15,619 nucleotides of DNA from Fidelibacterota bacterium (lineage in GTDB: Bacteria > Fidelibacterota > Marinisomatia > Marinisomatales > S15-B10): positions 1 through 15,619 of the forward strand of contig JBHIAI010000034.1 of assembly GCA_046861655.1 (NCBI GenBank). The letters are read 5' to 3'. Shown here piece by piece: positions 1 through 8,410 of this stretch. Every line of letters begins with the position of its first letter. Position 1 is the stretch's first letter. Both the position numbers and the translations under genes were made by a program. The notes beneath the pieces are model-generated. The model saw only the letters and a list, made by a program, of their open reading frames with translations, made no database searches and had not been told where the DNA came from.

Positions 1-1572
1 GAGGCCGACGGCGCCCAGGATATGGGATACCCTTCCCCTTTCCTGTTCACGGACCCTTCCTCAGGACTGTGGTCCGACATGTGGTTCGCGGGGAATACCC
101 AGTTCTACGTGGCCAATCCGGGATTGAAGGATCAACCCATTTCTTTTGGTCCATACACCTTTCCCGATACGCGGAGCAATACGGGCGCCCATACCTATGT
201 GGAGATTCATGATATCTCGGAGGCGGACAGGGTCATGTCGTTCACCCTGAGGAATACCCTCATGGCCCAGGGATTTCCCGAACCCTCTTTACGCATTCGT
301 TTTGTGTATGATTTTGATGGGGATGGAACGAGCGAGATCATCGGCGGTCAGGATTCCCTGTGGTGGTCGCTGGCGGATTCCGTGGTCAAAAACACTTTTT
401 TTGTCCCGGAAGTCGATTCCTTTCAACTTGTGGTGACCGCCTATGAATCTCCGGAACCACGGCTGGCAGTCGTCAGTGACGTGGGCCGGGAAACGCTCCG
501 GATCTCCACCTTCGGATATGATCCCGAACCACCGGCGTTAGGCCTGGAGTGGAGCCTCACCGTGACACTGCCAGTCTCGGACCGTCTGCCTGCAGTCACA
601 TCCGGGTTCCCGGATTCTTCATGGGTGAGCCTGAATTGGAGGGATGGAGAGGCCGTGATTTCCGAAAGGGGCGTGGAGTCACTCATATACCGGGATACCC
701 TCTCTGATCCCGCCGGCCAAGTTTCAGCCCAAATCACCGATCCCCAGACTGGAGAGGTCGAGACCCTGACGGCGGAATTGATGGAAGGAGGGGGAATACG
801 GGTGAAGGGATTTAACGAGGGCCTGGAAACCATAGCGTTTCAGACCATTTCCGCCGTGGATTTAGATCTGGACGGAGAGGTGGAAATGGTGTGCACAGAT
901 TCGGCAGGTACTGTGTACGTATTGAATCCCAATCTCACCTATGAATCGGGGTTTCCCGTCCCCCTGGAAGCAGCATCCCCTGTTCTCGCCAGCGACCTCA
1001 TGGGCGACGACCATCCGGAACTCGTACTGCAGGTAGAGTCGGGCGACTTAGCGGTCTTGAGCTGGGAAGGGAAAGAACGGTATCGTCTGTCCAATCCCGA
1101 CGGAGGAGAGCTGCGAATGGTGGGAGAATACCAGGGGCGCTCGGCCATCGTGGCGGAATCCTCTGTGTGGGTATTCGACAGTAGCGGGACCCCAACCGGA
1201 AACGCATGGTCAACGGTCCATCACGATCCCGCCAACACCAGGACCCTCAGGGCCAGTCTGCCCCGCCGTCTTCCTGTCGTGAGCCGGTTGATCGACAGGG
1301 ATCGCACCTACGCCTACCCCAATCCCGCCCACCAGGGCACCGCAACTTTCCGGGTCTTCGTGGAATCGGCGGAAAAGGTTGATATTGCGATCTACGATCT
1401 GGCAGGATTCTTTGTGGAGAAACTAACACTGGAACCTCTCCATCAGGGAACCGTGAACGAGGTGGTATGGAACGTTTCCGGCGTGGAGAGCGGTGTGTAC
1501 CTGGTTACCGTGACCGCAGGCCGGGGGGATCGGGTAGAAAACAAAGTACTGAAAATCGCAGTGGTCCACTAA
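1..1572 (+). CDS. 5'-truncated secreted protein with FG-GAP-like repeats and a T9SS type A C-terminal sorting domain; probably an M6 (immune inhibitor A-like) metalloprotease
   Basis: Frame +1 is open from base 1 (EADGAQD precedes the ATG at 22), so the true start lies upstream. The segment EADG...TFPDTRSNTG...IHDIS...MSF resembles the end of M6-family protease domains. DxDxDG-type repeats start at 310 (DFDGDGTSEI), 859 (DLDLDGEVEM) and 994 (DLMGDDHPEL). The C-terminus from 1309 has YAYPNP...IYDLAG...WN...SGVYLV...KIAVVH, typical of T9SS type A CTDs. No catalytic HEXXH is inside the window. Confidence 0.8.
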   Translation, partial: EADGAQDMGYPSPFLFTDPSSGLWSDMWFAGNTQFYVANPGLKDQPISFGPYTFPDTRSNTGAHTYVEIHDISEADRVMSFTLRNTLMAQGFPEPSLRIRFVYDFDGDGTSEIIGGQDSLWWSLADSVVKNTFFVPEVDSFQLVVTAYESPEPRLAVVSDVGRETLRISTFGYDPEPPALGLEWSLTVTLPVSDRLPAVTSGFPDSSWVSLNWRDGEAVISERGVESLIYRDTLSDPAGQVSAQITDPQTGEVETLTAELMEGGGIRVKGFNEGLETIAFQTISAVDLDLDGEVEMVCTDSAGTVYVLNPNLTYESGFPVPLEAASPVLASDLMGDDHPELVLQVESGDLAVLSWEGKERYRLSNPDGGELRMVGEYQGRSAIVAESSVWVFDSSGTPTGNAWSTVHHDPANTRTLRASLPRRLPVVSRLIDRDRTYAYPNPAHQGTATFRVFVESAEKVDIAIYDLAGFFVEKLTLEPLHQGTVNEVVWNVSGVESGVYLVTVTAGRGDRVENKVLKIAVVH

Positions 1573-1600
1573 CGGGGGTCCTCCACGGGCTGAACCATCT

Positions 1601-4543
1601 ATGGCAAAACGGTTGGCTGGTCTTATTCTCGTCTCCACGTCCCTTTTTGGCCGGGTGGGGTACAATCACCCCGAGCTTGACTGGCAAACCTTTGAGACGG
1701 ACCACTTCCGGATTCACTTCACGGACGAGACCGAACGGAGCGCCCGGGAAGGTGCCTTCGTGGCCGAATCCATCTACGGACCCATCATCCGGCTCTACAA
1801 CTATTCGCCCCCGGAGAAGACCCACATCATTTTTCTGGATACGGACGATTACTCGAACGGCATAACCTACTTCTACGAGAACAAGATCGAGATCTGGGTT
1901 TCTCCTCTGGATCTTGAACTGAGAGGCAGCCACCGATGGCTCCAGAATGTCATTACTCATGAATTCGTCCACATCGTCTCCATCCAAAAGGCCATGAAAT
2001 TTCCCAGGAGAGTCCCTGCCGGGTACCTTCAATGGATTGGCTATGAGGAGGAAAAAAGGGAAGACGTACTCTACGGTTATCCCAATACCCTGGTCTCCTA
2101 TCCTGTTCCTGGATCGGTCGTCCCGCCCTGGCTAGCCGAAGGGATCGCCCAGTATATGTACCGGGGAGCCACCTACGATTTCTGGGATACACACCGGGAC
2201 ATGATTCTGCGGGACCAGGTAATCCACGGTGAACTCCTCACACTGCCTGAAATGAGCACATTCGGGAAATCTGGTATCGGCAATGAGTCCGTCTACAACT
2301 CCGGATTCGCCCTGGTTCGATACATCGTTTTCAAGTACGGTGAACAAGCCCTGGTTGAGCTGGTCAGCCGCCTTTCTTCTCCACTCGTAGTCTCCGTGGA
2401 TTCGGCCATTCGCTCAGTTCTCGGGATTTCATCGCGACAGCTTTACGGGGACTTCAGGGCAACTCTGGAAGAGCGGTACCGGCTGCTCACGGAACGGATC
2501 GATGCCCGGGAGGTCAAAGGTTCAACCATTATCCAGGAAGGAACGGCCAATCTTCACCCTGTTTGGGCCCCCGATGAGAAACGGTTTGCGTACCTCTCGA
2601 ATGCCGGCAATGACTTCTTCTCTCAGACCGACCTGTACGTCTACTCTTTTGACTCAGGAGAGTCCCGGAGGATCGCCAGGGGCGTGGTGTCCGCACCCGC
2701 GTGGAATTCGGACGGCAGTATGATCTACTACACAAGGAAATCCAGGCCTGACCGCCGAGGGTCCCGGTGGTATGACATTTACGGCCATTCGTTCCGGGAC
2801 GAAAAGGAACACCGCCTTACCCAAGGTGCCAGGGCTTTTTCTCCCGTTGTCTTTCCGGGCGACAGCACACTGGTGTACCTGGCCTCGAACGGAGGCACGC
2901 AGAACATCTTTATGATTGACCTGAAATCGAAACAATCCGAGCAGATCACCGATTTTGAGCCCGGAACACAGCTATTCTCATTGGACTACGATTCCACCCG
3001 GGGCTGGCTGATGTTTGATTACGTTAAGAATCACTTCCGGGACACAGGGACCCTGACGCCGGGAGACACGACGTTCAGTCACCTGATCGCTACAGAGGAA
3101 TGGGATGAGAGGGATGTCACACCGGCTCCGGACGGGGGTATCGTGTACAGCAACGACAAGAATGGAGTTTTCAATCTCTACGTCCTGGATTCATCGGCGG
3201 AAAAACAGGGGTATATCACCAACGTCCAGGGCGGTGCGTTTACACCGGACGTGAGCAGAACGGGGAGAATCCTGTTTTCCCTGTATGAGAACGGGGGGTA
3301 CAGGATTGCTCTTCTGGACAGCGTGTCGATTCTCGATCCGAAATCGGTCGGGTATGGGCCCAATTACTTCCTGAGATTCGAGAACCTTCCCGGTTCGCTG
3401 ATGTCGGGGGATACCTCGACGGCCACGCACCATGAGGACACGTTTTCACCCATGTTTGTGTTCCCTCGCCTGATGGTGGACTACGGGACGGTCAAGCCAG
3501 GGCTCTATTTTTTTGCCAACGAAATCCTGGGCAAACTGAATCTCTTCGGCGGGGGTTCGGTGAATCCCCTGGGGGATGTAGACCTATTCCTCATGTACGA
3601 ATTCAGGAAGTTCTATCCCACCTTGCATACCGAGATTTTCTATCTTACCCGGAATGCCAGGGAGACCATAACCGAGAATGTCTACAACCCACAGTACGAT
3701 ATCTGGTTCCGGCTGTTTCAGTGGGATGTAGGGGTGAAGGTTCCCATCCTGGGGCTCCATGAGCTTGACCTTTTCGGCTCGTACCAGCACTTTCGAGAGA
3801 GTCTTAAGGAGCGGGTTCCATCCCAGGCCCATCTGGCCAAGATCGCCCTGGACTATTACATTGGCCAGCACCTGGGAATGTCGTGGATGACGGATATTCA
3901 CCGGGAGACGGTGGACTACGCCATAAACCCCGGAAACGGCTTTCAGGGTCAACTGGAGCTCCGGCACGAGAGAGACCGGTTTTTCCGTGGTTTCCGGGTC
4001 AACGAGGACTACTCTGTTCTGGAGGAAGTGTACGACACCTACAGGTTTACCAGACTGACGGGCCGGGGTCGGTTTCATTTCACACTCCCTTTCACCAAGA
4101 GGCTCACCTCCACGCTAGAGGCTCAGGTGGGATGGATGACGGACACAGAAGTGGATTCTTTTTTCAATTTTTTTGCCGGCGGAATGCCGGGACTCAAAGG
4201 GTATCCTTTCTATGGAGTGGAAGGCAACAGGTTGCTCGTGATGTCCGTCACCGTTCGTGCACCCATCCTGTGGGACAGGCATGTTTTGCTTGGACCTTTT
4301 GTCTTGAGAAGAGTGGTGGCGGGAGTGATTGGCCAGGCTGGAGACGCCTGGAACGGCGGTTTGGAGGAACCCGCTCTCCGAAGATCAGTAGGATTTCAGA
4401 TTCGTTTCGGAGGCTACTCCTTCTACAACTATCCCACTGGAATTGCCGTGGAATTCCACCGGGGATTGGATAAATTTTCAGTGATGGACAGACAGTACGG
4501 GGGCGGCCTGAGAACCTACTTTACCTTCCTCCTGGGCTTCTGA
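1601..4543 (+). CDS. Outer-membrane protein with an N-terminal zinc metallopeptidase (clan MA/gluzincin-like) domain, a PD40/TolB-like beta-propeller and a C-terminal Omp85/BamA-like beta-barrel
   Basis: Signal peptide MAKRLAGLILVSTSLFG. HEFVH at 1958-1972 and PPWLAEGIAQY (E at 2138). PD40-like repeats HPVWAPDEKRFAYLS, APAWNSDGSMIYY, SPVVFPGDSTLVYLA, TPAPDGGIVYS and TPDVSRTGRILFS. The C-terminal third has amphipathic strands, GGMPGLKGYP (similar to the Omp85 loop-6 RGY/F motif), SVGFQIRF and a terminal-Phe beta-signal RTYFTFLLGF. Confidence 0.8.
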   Translation: MAKRLAGLILVSTSLFGRVGYNHPELDWQTFETDHFRIHFTDETERSAREGAFVAESIYGPIIRLYNYSPPEKTHIIFLDTDDYSNGITYFYENKIEIWVSPLDLELRGSHRWLQNVITHEFVHIVSIQKAMKFPRRVPAGYLQWIGYEEEKREDVLYGYPNTLVSYPVPGSVVPPWLAEGIAQYMYRGATYDFWDTHRDMILRDQVIHGELLTLPEMSTFGKSGIGNESVYNSGFALVRYIVFKYGEQALVELVSRLSSPLVVSVDSAIRSVLGISSRQLYGDFRATLEERYRLLTERIDAREVKGSTIIQEGTANLHPVWAPDEKRFAYLSNAGNDFFSQTDLYVYSFDSGESRRIARGVVSAPAWNSDGSMIYYTRKSRPDRRGSRWYDIYGHSFRDEKEHRLTQGARAFSPVVFPGDSTLVYLASNGGTQNIFMIDLKSKQSEQITDFEPGTQLFSLDYDSTRGWLMFDYVKNHFRDTGTLTPGDTTFSHLIATEEWDERDVTPAPDGGIVYSNDKNGVFNLYVLDSSAEKQGYITNVQGGAFTPDVSRTGRILFSLYENGGYRIALLDSVSILDPKSVGYGPNYFLRFENLPGSLMSGDTSTATHHEDTFSPMFVFPRLMVDYGTVKPGLYFFANEILGKLNLFGGGSVNPLGDVDLFLMYEFRKFYPTLHTEIFYLTRNARETITENVYNPQYDIWFRLFQWDVGVKVPILGLHELDLFGSYQHFRESLKERVPSQAHLAKIALDYYIGQHLGMSWMTDIHRETVDYAINPGNGFQGQLELRHERDRFFRGFRVNEDYSVLEEVYDTYRFTRLTGRGRFHFTLPFTKRLTSTLEAQVGWMTDTEVDSFFNFFAGGMPGLKGYPFYGVEGNRLLVMSVTVRAPILWDRHVLLGPFVLRRVVAGVIGQAGDAWNGGLEEPALRRSVGFQIRFGGYSFYNYPTGIAVEFHRGLDKFSVMDRQYGGGLRTYFTFLLGF

Positions 4544-4544
4544 C

Positions 4545-5447
4545 ATGCGACTCGCTGCTTGGATACTCATCATGGTACCGCTCTCTCTGACCAATGGGTT
4601 GCTTGCCTCTTCTGGAATACTCACCTACAGGCCTGAGTATCACGGACCCGTCATTTTAGGGTCCAGCTGGCAGCCAGCCCCGGCCGACACCGATACCGCC
4701 GTAACGGAACCGCAGCTTGGAAAGTATCCCGCCAGGGGTCTCGTCCTCTCCCTTGCCGTCCCTGGATTGGGGCAGTGGTATGCCGGAGCCAAATGGAAGT
4801 CGCTCCTCTTTGTCGGGATTGAGGTGGCGGCGTGGACGGTCAAACTGCAGTTCGATAACCGGTCCATAGACAAGCGGATTGCGTACCAGGCGTTTGCCGA
4901 TACGCATTGGGACCTGGAGCAGTGGCTTCTCCTGACGCCCACCCTGACGGAACGGTATCCGGATGTCATCTGCGATGGAACTCATGATCTAACCATTCTT
5001 CTGGAAGACGAAACCGTGGTTTCTTCCGACTCACTGTGTGGGGGTTTCATTGAGGGGGCCGGAGTGGTGCCAAACCGGGAATACTATGAAAACATCGGAA
5101 AGTACGATCAATTCGTGGCGGGATGGGACGATCTCTACGACGACCAGGGAAACCCCAATTGGGAGGAGGTGAAGAAGTCCGTGGGAGACAGTGTGGAGAT
5201 ACTGGTCATGACCCCGAACAGGGACCGGTACGTGGGGATGAGAGACGACTACAACCGCACCCTGCGGCTCGCCGGGTACGCCCTGAGCACCATTATGCTA
5301 AATCATCTTGTGAGTGCGGTTGACGCCTTCCTTGAAACCCGGCGCCGGGGGGGCGTTATCCCGGGAGCGGAAACATCCCTTCGACTGGAGTTCTCCCCCT
5401 ACCGTCGCTATGGGATCGGCGGCGTATCCCTGTCAATCGCCTGGTAG
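4545..5447 (+). CDS. Exported or membrane hypothetical protein, DUF5683-like
   Basis: Starts 1 nt after the previous stop. Signal-like N-terminus, the motif SLAVPGLGQWYAG followed by a hydrophobic helix, a second hydrophobic helix LSTIMLNHLVSAVDAF, and a terminal beta-strand GGVSLSIAW. Confidence 0.7.
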   Translation: MRLAAWILIMVPLSLTNGLLASSGILTYRPEYHGPVILGSSWQPAPADTDTAVTEPQLGKYPARGLVLSLAVPGLGQWYAGAKWKSLLFVGIEVAAWTVKLQFDNRSIDKRIAYQAFADTHWDLEQWLLLTPTLTERYPDVICDGTHDLTILLEDETVVSSDSLCGGFIEGAGVVPNREYYENIGKYDQFVAGWDDLYDDQGNPNWEEVKKSVGDSVEILVMTPNRDRYVGMRDDYNRTLRLAGYALSTIMLNHLVSAVDAFLETRRRGGVIPGAETSLRLEFSPYRRYGIGGVSLSIAW

Positions 5448-5476
5448 TGTCCTCCTATCGGGAACCTCCAGACTGA

Positions 5477-6250
5477 ATGCAGAATCAGATTTTCCTTTTG
5501 GCCCTCGCCGGCTGTTTGGTGTGGTCCTCCTGTGCCGGGTCCCGCACCGATGAGAATCGTGACGATCTCGTTTCGCGATTCGACCGGGGAAAGGAATTCT
5601 ACGAAAAGGGGAAGTACATCCGGGCGAAGGAAATCTTCGAAGACGTTCTCATCCGGGGACGTCACACGGATCTGGGGGATGATGCCCAATTCTTTCTCGC
5701 CCAGTCCTATTTTTTCAACAAGGAATACCTGTTGGCAATCAATGAATATGACCGGCTTGTGCGCCAGATGAGCTACAGTCCGTACGTGGAGGAGAGTCGC
5801 TTTCGGATTTGTGAGAGCTATGCCAGGCTCTCCCCCAGATACTACCATGATCAGGCCTATACGGTGAAGGCCATCTCAGCATTTCAGGAATTCATCGAGG
5901 ATTACCCGGGCTCGGAATACAGGGAAGAATCGGACAGATCCATCCAGGCCCTAAGAGCCAAAATGGCCAGGAAACTGTATGAGTCGGCGATCCTCTACGT
6001 CAAGATGGAGGAATATGACTCAGCAGTCCTGTATCTGGAACAGCTCTTGGAGTCTTACTACGACACACAATTCGCCGACCGGGCCCGCTTGAAGATGGTC
6101 CAGGCACACGTCCTGGCGGGAGATAAAGACAGGGCCGAAGCCTTCTTGAACGGAAACGAATCCAGGTTTAATGATCACAGGATCTTGAGGGAGGCACGAC
6201 AGTTCATAGATTCCGTTCAGGGTAAAACAGAGGAGAACGAGGACTCGTGA
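5477..6250 (+). CDS. bamD: Outer membrane protein assembly factor BamD (TPR lipoprotein)
   Basis: Lipoprotein signal (LAGC or WSSC). TPR-like helices such as DDAQFFLAQSYF and AINEYDRLV. The BamD-typical segments SPRYYHDQAYTVKAISAFQEFIEDYPGSEY and KMARKLYESAILY are present. 257 aa. Confidence 0.9.
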   Translation: MQNQIFLLALAGCLVWSSCAGSRTDENRDDLVSRFDRGKEFYEKGKYIRAKEIFEDVLIRGRHTDLGDDAQFFLAQSYFFNKEYLLAINEYDRLVRQMSYSPYVEESRFRICESYARLSPRYYHDQAYTVKAISAFQEFIEDYPGSEYREESDRSIQALRAKMARKLYESAILYVKMEEYDSAVLYLEQLLESYYDTQFADRARLKMVQAHVLAGDKDRAEAFLNGNESRFNDHRILREARQFIDSVQGKTEENEDS

Positions 6251-6834
6251 AGGTCTGCCTGTTTGGCGGAACGTTCGATCCGCCCCACGTGGGTCATCTC
6301 ATCATTTCGGAGACCATAAAGGAGTCTGAAGGGTTTGACAAGATGATATTCGTCCCCGCCTTTCAACCTCCCCACAAAGAAGAAAGCCCCCTCTCCTCAG
6401 TGGAAGACAGGCTGGAAATGCTCAGGCTGTCTCTGGGTGACCGTCCCAATCTTGAAGTGTCGAATGTGGAGATCAAAAGGGGGGGTGTTTCCTACACCAT
6501 CGATACCATTCGAGAGGTAAAAAGGCGGTACGGACTGGACCGACGATATCTTACCTTCTTGATCGGGAGCGATTCCCTGGTTGAATTCCACACCTGGAGA
6601 AACCATGAGGCCATTCTGAAGGAGTGCCGCGTCCTGGTAGCGTCAAGGCCCGGCTTCCGTCCCAGCCGGATCTCTCCCGATATTCTGTCCCGGGTTCGTT
6701 TCGCCAATATGCCCCAGATCGAGATTTCGTCCTCCGAGATTCGCCGGAGGGTCCGCCAGGGTCTCTCCATACGCTATATGGTGTCCGAACCGGTCCGGAC
6801 ATACATCCGCGAAAATAGTCTCTACGTCTCATGA
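6247..6834 (+). CDS. nadD: Nicotinate-nucleotide adenylyltransferase
   Basis: FGGTFDPPHVGH (HxGH), PPHK, SYTIDT, FLIGSD and ISSSEIR motifs. The GTG start overlaps the bamD stop (GTGA). Confidence 0.97.
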   Translation: MKVCLFGGTFDPPHVGHLIISETIKESEGFDKMIFVPAFQPPHKEESPLSSVEDRLEMLRLSLGDRPNLEVSNVEIKRGGVSYTIDTIREVKRRYGLDRRYLTFLIGSDSLVEFHTWRNHEAILKECRVLVASRPGFRPSRISPDILSRVRFANMPQIEISSSEIRRRVRQGLSIRYMVSEPVRTYIRENSLYVS

Positions 6835-7757
6835 GCTGGGCACAGACGGCAGCCCTTCTCGCGGGTGGCGCCGTTTTTCTCTACTACGGGGGTAACTTGC
6901 TGGTCAAGGGAGCCAGCCGACTGGCCGGAATGCTGGGGGTGACTCCCATGGCTGTGGGCCTGACCATAGTGGCGTTCGGTACTTCCCTGCCCGAACTGGT
7001 GGTGAGTCTGGTGGCCGTGGTTGAGGGAAGACAGGCCATGGCTATCGGAAATGTTGTGGGGTCCAATATCGCCAACGTGGGATTGATCATTGGTCTGACC
7101 GCCTCCCTGTTTTCTGTTGTCGTCGTCGGAAAAAGATTTGTGAAAGACCTCCACCTGATGGTGGGGGTTTCCTTCTATTTTGTGCTGGTGATCCTCGATG
7201 GCGTCGTGGCCAGATGGGAGGGGCTGGTCCTCTTGAGCGGTATCGTTATCTATGCGTCGTACCGGGTTTTCCTCGGCCGGGAGGAGTCCGATCCGGACCT
7301 GAGCTTGGGATCCATGCCGCGGAATCTGCTCCTGGTGGTCCTGGGCATCATCGGTCTGGGGCTGGGAGCCAGTATGTTCGTGGAAGGGGCGGCCCGGATG
7401 GCCAGAGCCGTCGGGGTTTCCGAGCTGGCTATCGGGCTAACGGTAGTGGCCGTGGGTACCTCTCTGCCTGAGCTCGCCACATCCCTGGTGGCGGCCTTCA
7501 GGAAGGAGAGCGACATTTCTGTGGGGAACATCGTGGGATCCAATCTCTTCAACCTGATGGGTGTTGTGGGACCGGTGGCCGTCATCCGGCCCCTTGCGGT
7601 GGAAAGGGAAGTGCTCAGTTTTGAACTTCCCATCATGATACTTTTCAGTTTGGTCCTGTATCCAGTGACCAGGATGAAGAAGAAGATCCCTAGAATCTTC
7701 GCTCTGCTGATACTCGGCGGATATGTTGCTTTCCTGGTAACCCTTTTCCAGCGATGA
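6831..7757 (+). CDS. yrbG: Calcium/sodium antiporter (CaCA family, YrbG-like)
   Basis: Two internal alpha repeats, GLTIVAFGTSLPEL...GNVVGSNIAN and GLTVVAVGTSLPEL...GNIVGSNLFN, and about 10 hydrophobic segments. Confidence 0.93.
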   Translation: MSWAQTAALLAGGAVFLYYGGNLLVKGASRLAGMLGVTPMAVGLTIVAFGTSLPELVVSLVAVVEGRQAMAIGNVVGSNIANVGLIIGLTASLFSVVVVGKRFVKDLHLMVGVSFYFVLVILDGVVARWEGLVLLSGIVIYASYRVFLGREESDPDLSLGSMPRNLLLVVLGIIGLGLGASMFVEGAARMARAVGVSELAIGLTVVAVGTSLPELATSLVAAFRKESDISVGNIVGSNLFNLMGVVGPVAVIRPLAVEREVLSFELPIMILFSLVLYPVTRMKKKIPRIFALLILGGYVAFLVTLFQR

Positions 7758-8410
7758 GCTTGATCCGTTTCGAGGATGTCACCTGCCGGCTGGTTAGTGG
7801 GGCAGTGGTGGTCGGTGCAAGTTTTGATGTCGATGAAGGGGAGTTCGTCTGCATCATCGGGCCCACTGGAGCAGGCAAGACCACGCTCTTAAGGCTGATC
7901 TACATGGACCTGATTCCCGAACAGGGGAGGGTGGTGGTGGACAGATTCGACTCCTCGCGCATCAAGCGCCGCCATATTCCCATTGTACGCAGAAAGGTCG
8001 GGATGGTATTCCAGGAATTCGAGCTCCTCAAGGACCGGAGTGTATTCGAGAATGTGGCTCTTCCTTTGCGTGTTCTGGGGAGGAACAAGAAGGAGATCCG
8101 GGACGGGGTCGGCCGCGTCCTGGACGAGCTGGGAATGGAGGACCGACGGAACCACCTCCCTTCCCAGCTATCCGGAGGCGAGCAGCAGATTATCTCGCTT
8201 GCCCGGGCCATCGTGAAGGATCCCATCGTCGTCCTGGCCGATGAACCTACGGGGAACCTCGATCCGGTGTCTTCGCACAGGATCGTGACCCTCCTTGAGA
8301 AGATCAACGAGGGGGGCACGGCGGTGCTGATGGCGTCCCACGATTATAATCTGATCAAGGACCGGGGTCACCGGTTCATCCGGATCTCAGAAGGACGGGT
8401 CCAGGGATGA
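7754..8410 (+). CDS. ftsE: Cell division ABC ATPase FtsE
   Basis: Walker A GPTGAGKT, Q-loop GMVFQEF, signature LSGGEQQ, Walker B/D-loop LADEPTGNLD and H-loop SHD. It lies immediately upstream of ftsX. Confidence 0.92.
   Translation: MSLIRFEDVTCRLVSGAVVVGASFDVDEGEFVCIIGPTGAGKTTLLRLIYMDLIPEQGRVVVDRFDSSRIKRRHIPIVRRKVGMVFQEFELLKDRSVFENVALPLRVLGRNKKEIRDGVGRVLDELGMEDRRNHLPSQLSGGEQQIISLARAIVKDPIVVLADEPTGNLDPVSSHRIVTLLEKINEGGTAVLMASHDYNLIKDRGHRFIRISEGRVQG

Noticed and set aside
22..24. ATG at 22 as the start of the first gene
   Set aside because: The frame is open to the window edge and no signal peptide follows this ATG, although the protein has a secretion CTD. The real start is upstream.
3883..4473. 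196-aa alternative-frame + strand ORF inside the 980-aa gene
   Set aside because: Its Arg/Gly/Ser-rich composition is typical of off-frame translation. The main frame is continuous and ends in a proper beta-signal, so no frameshift is needed.
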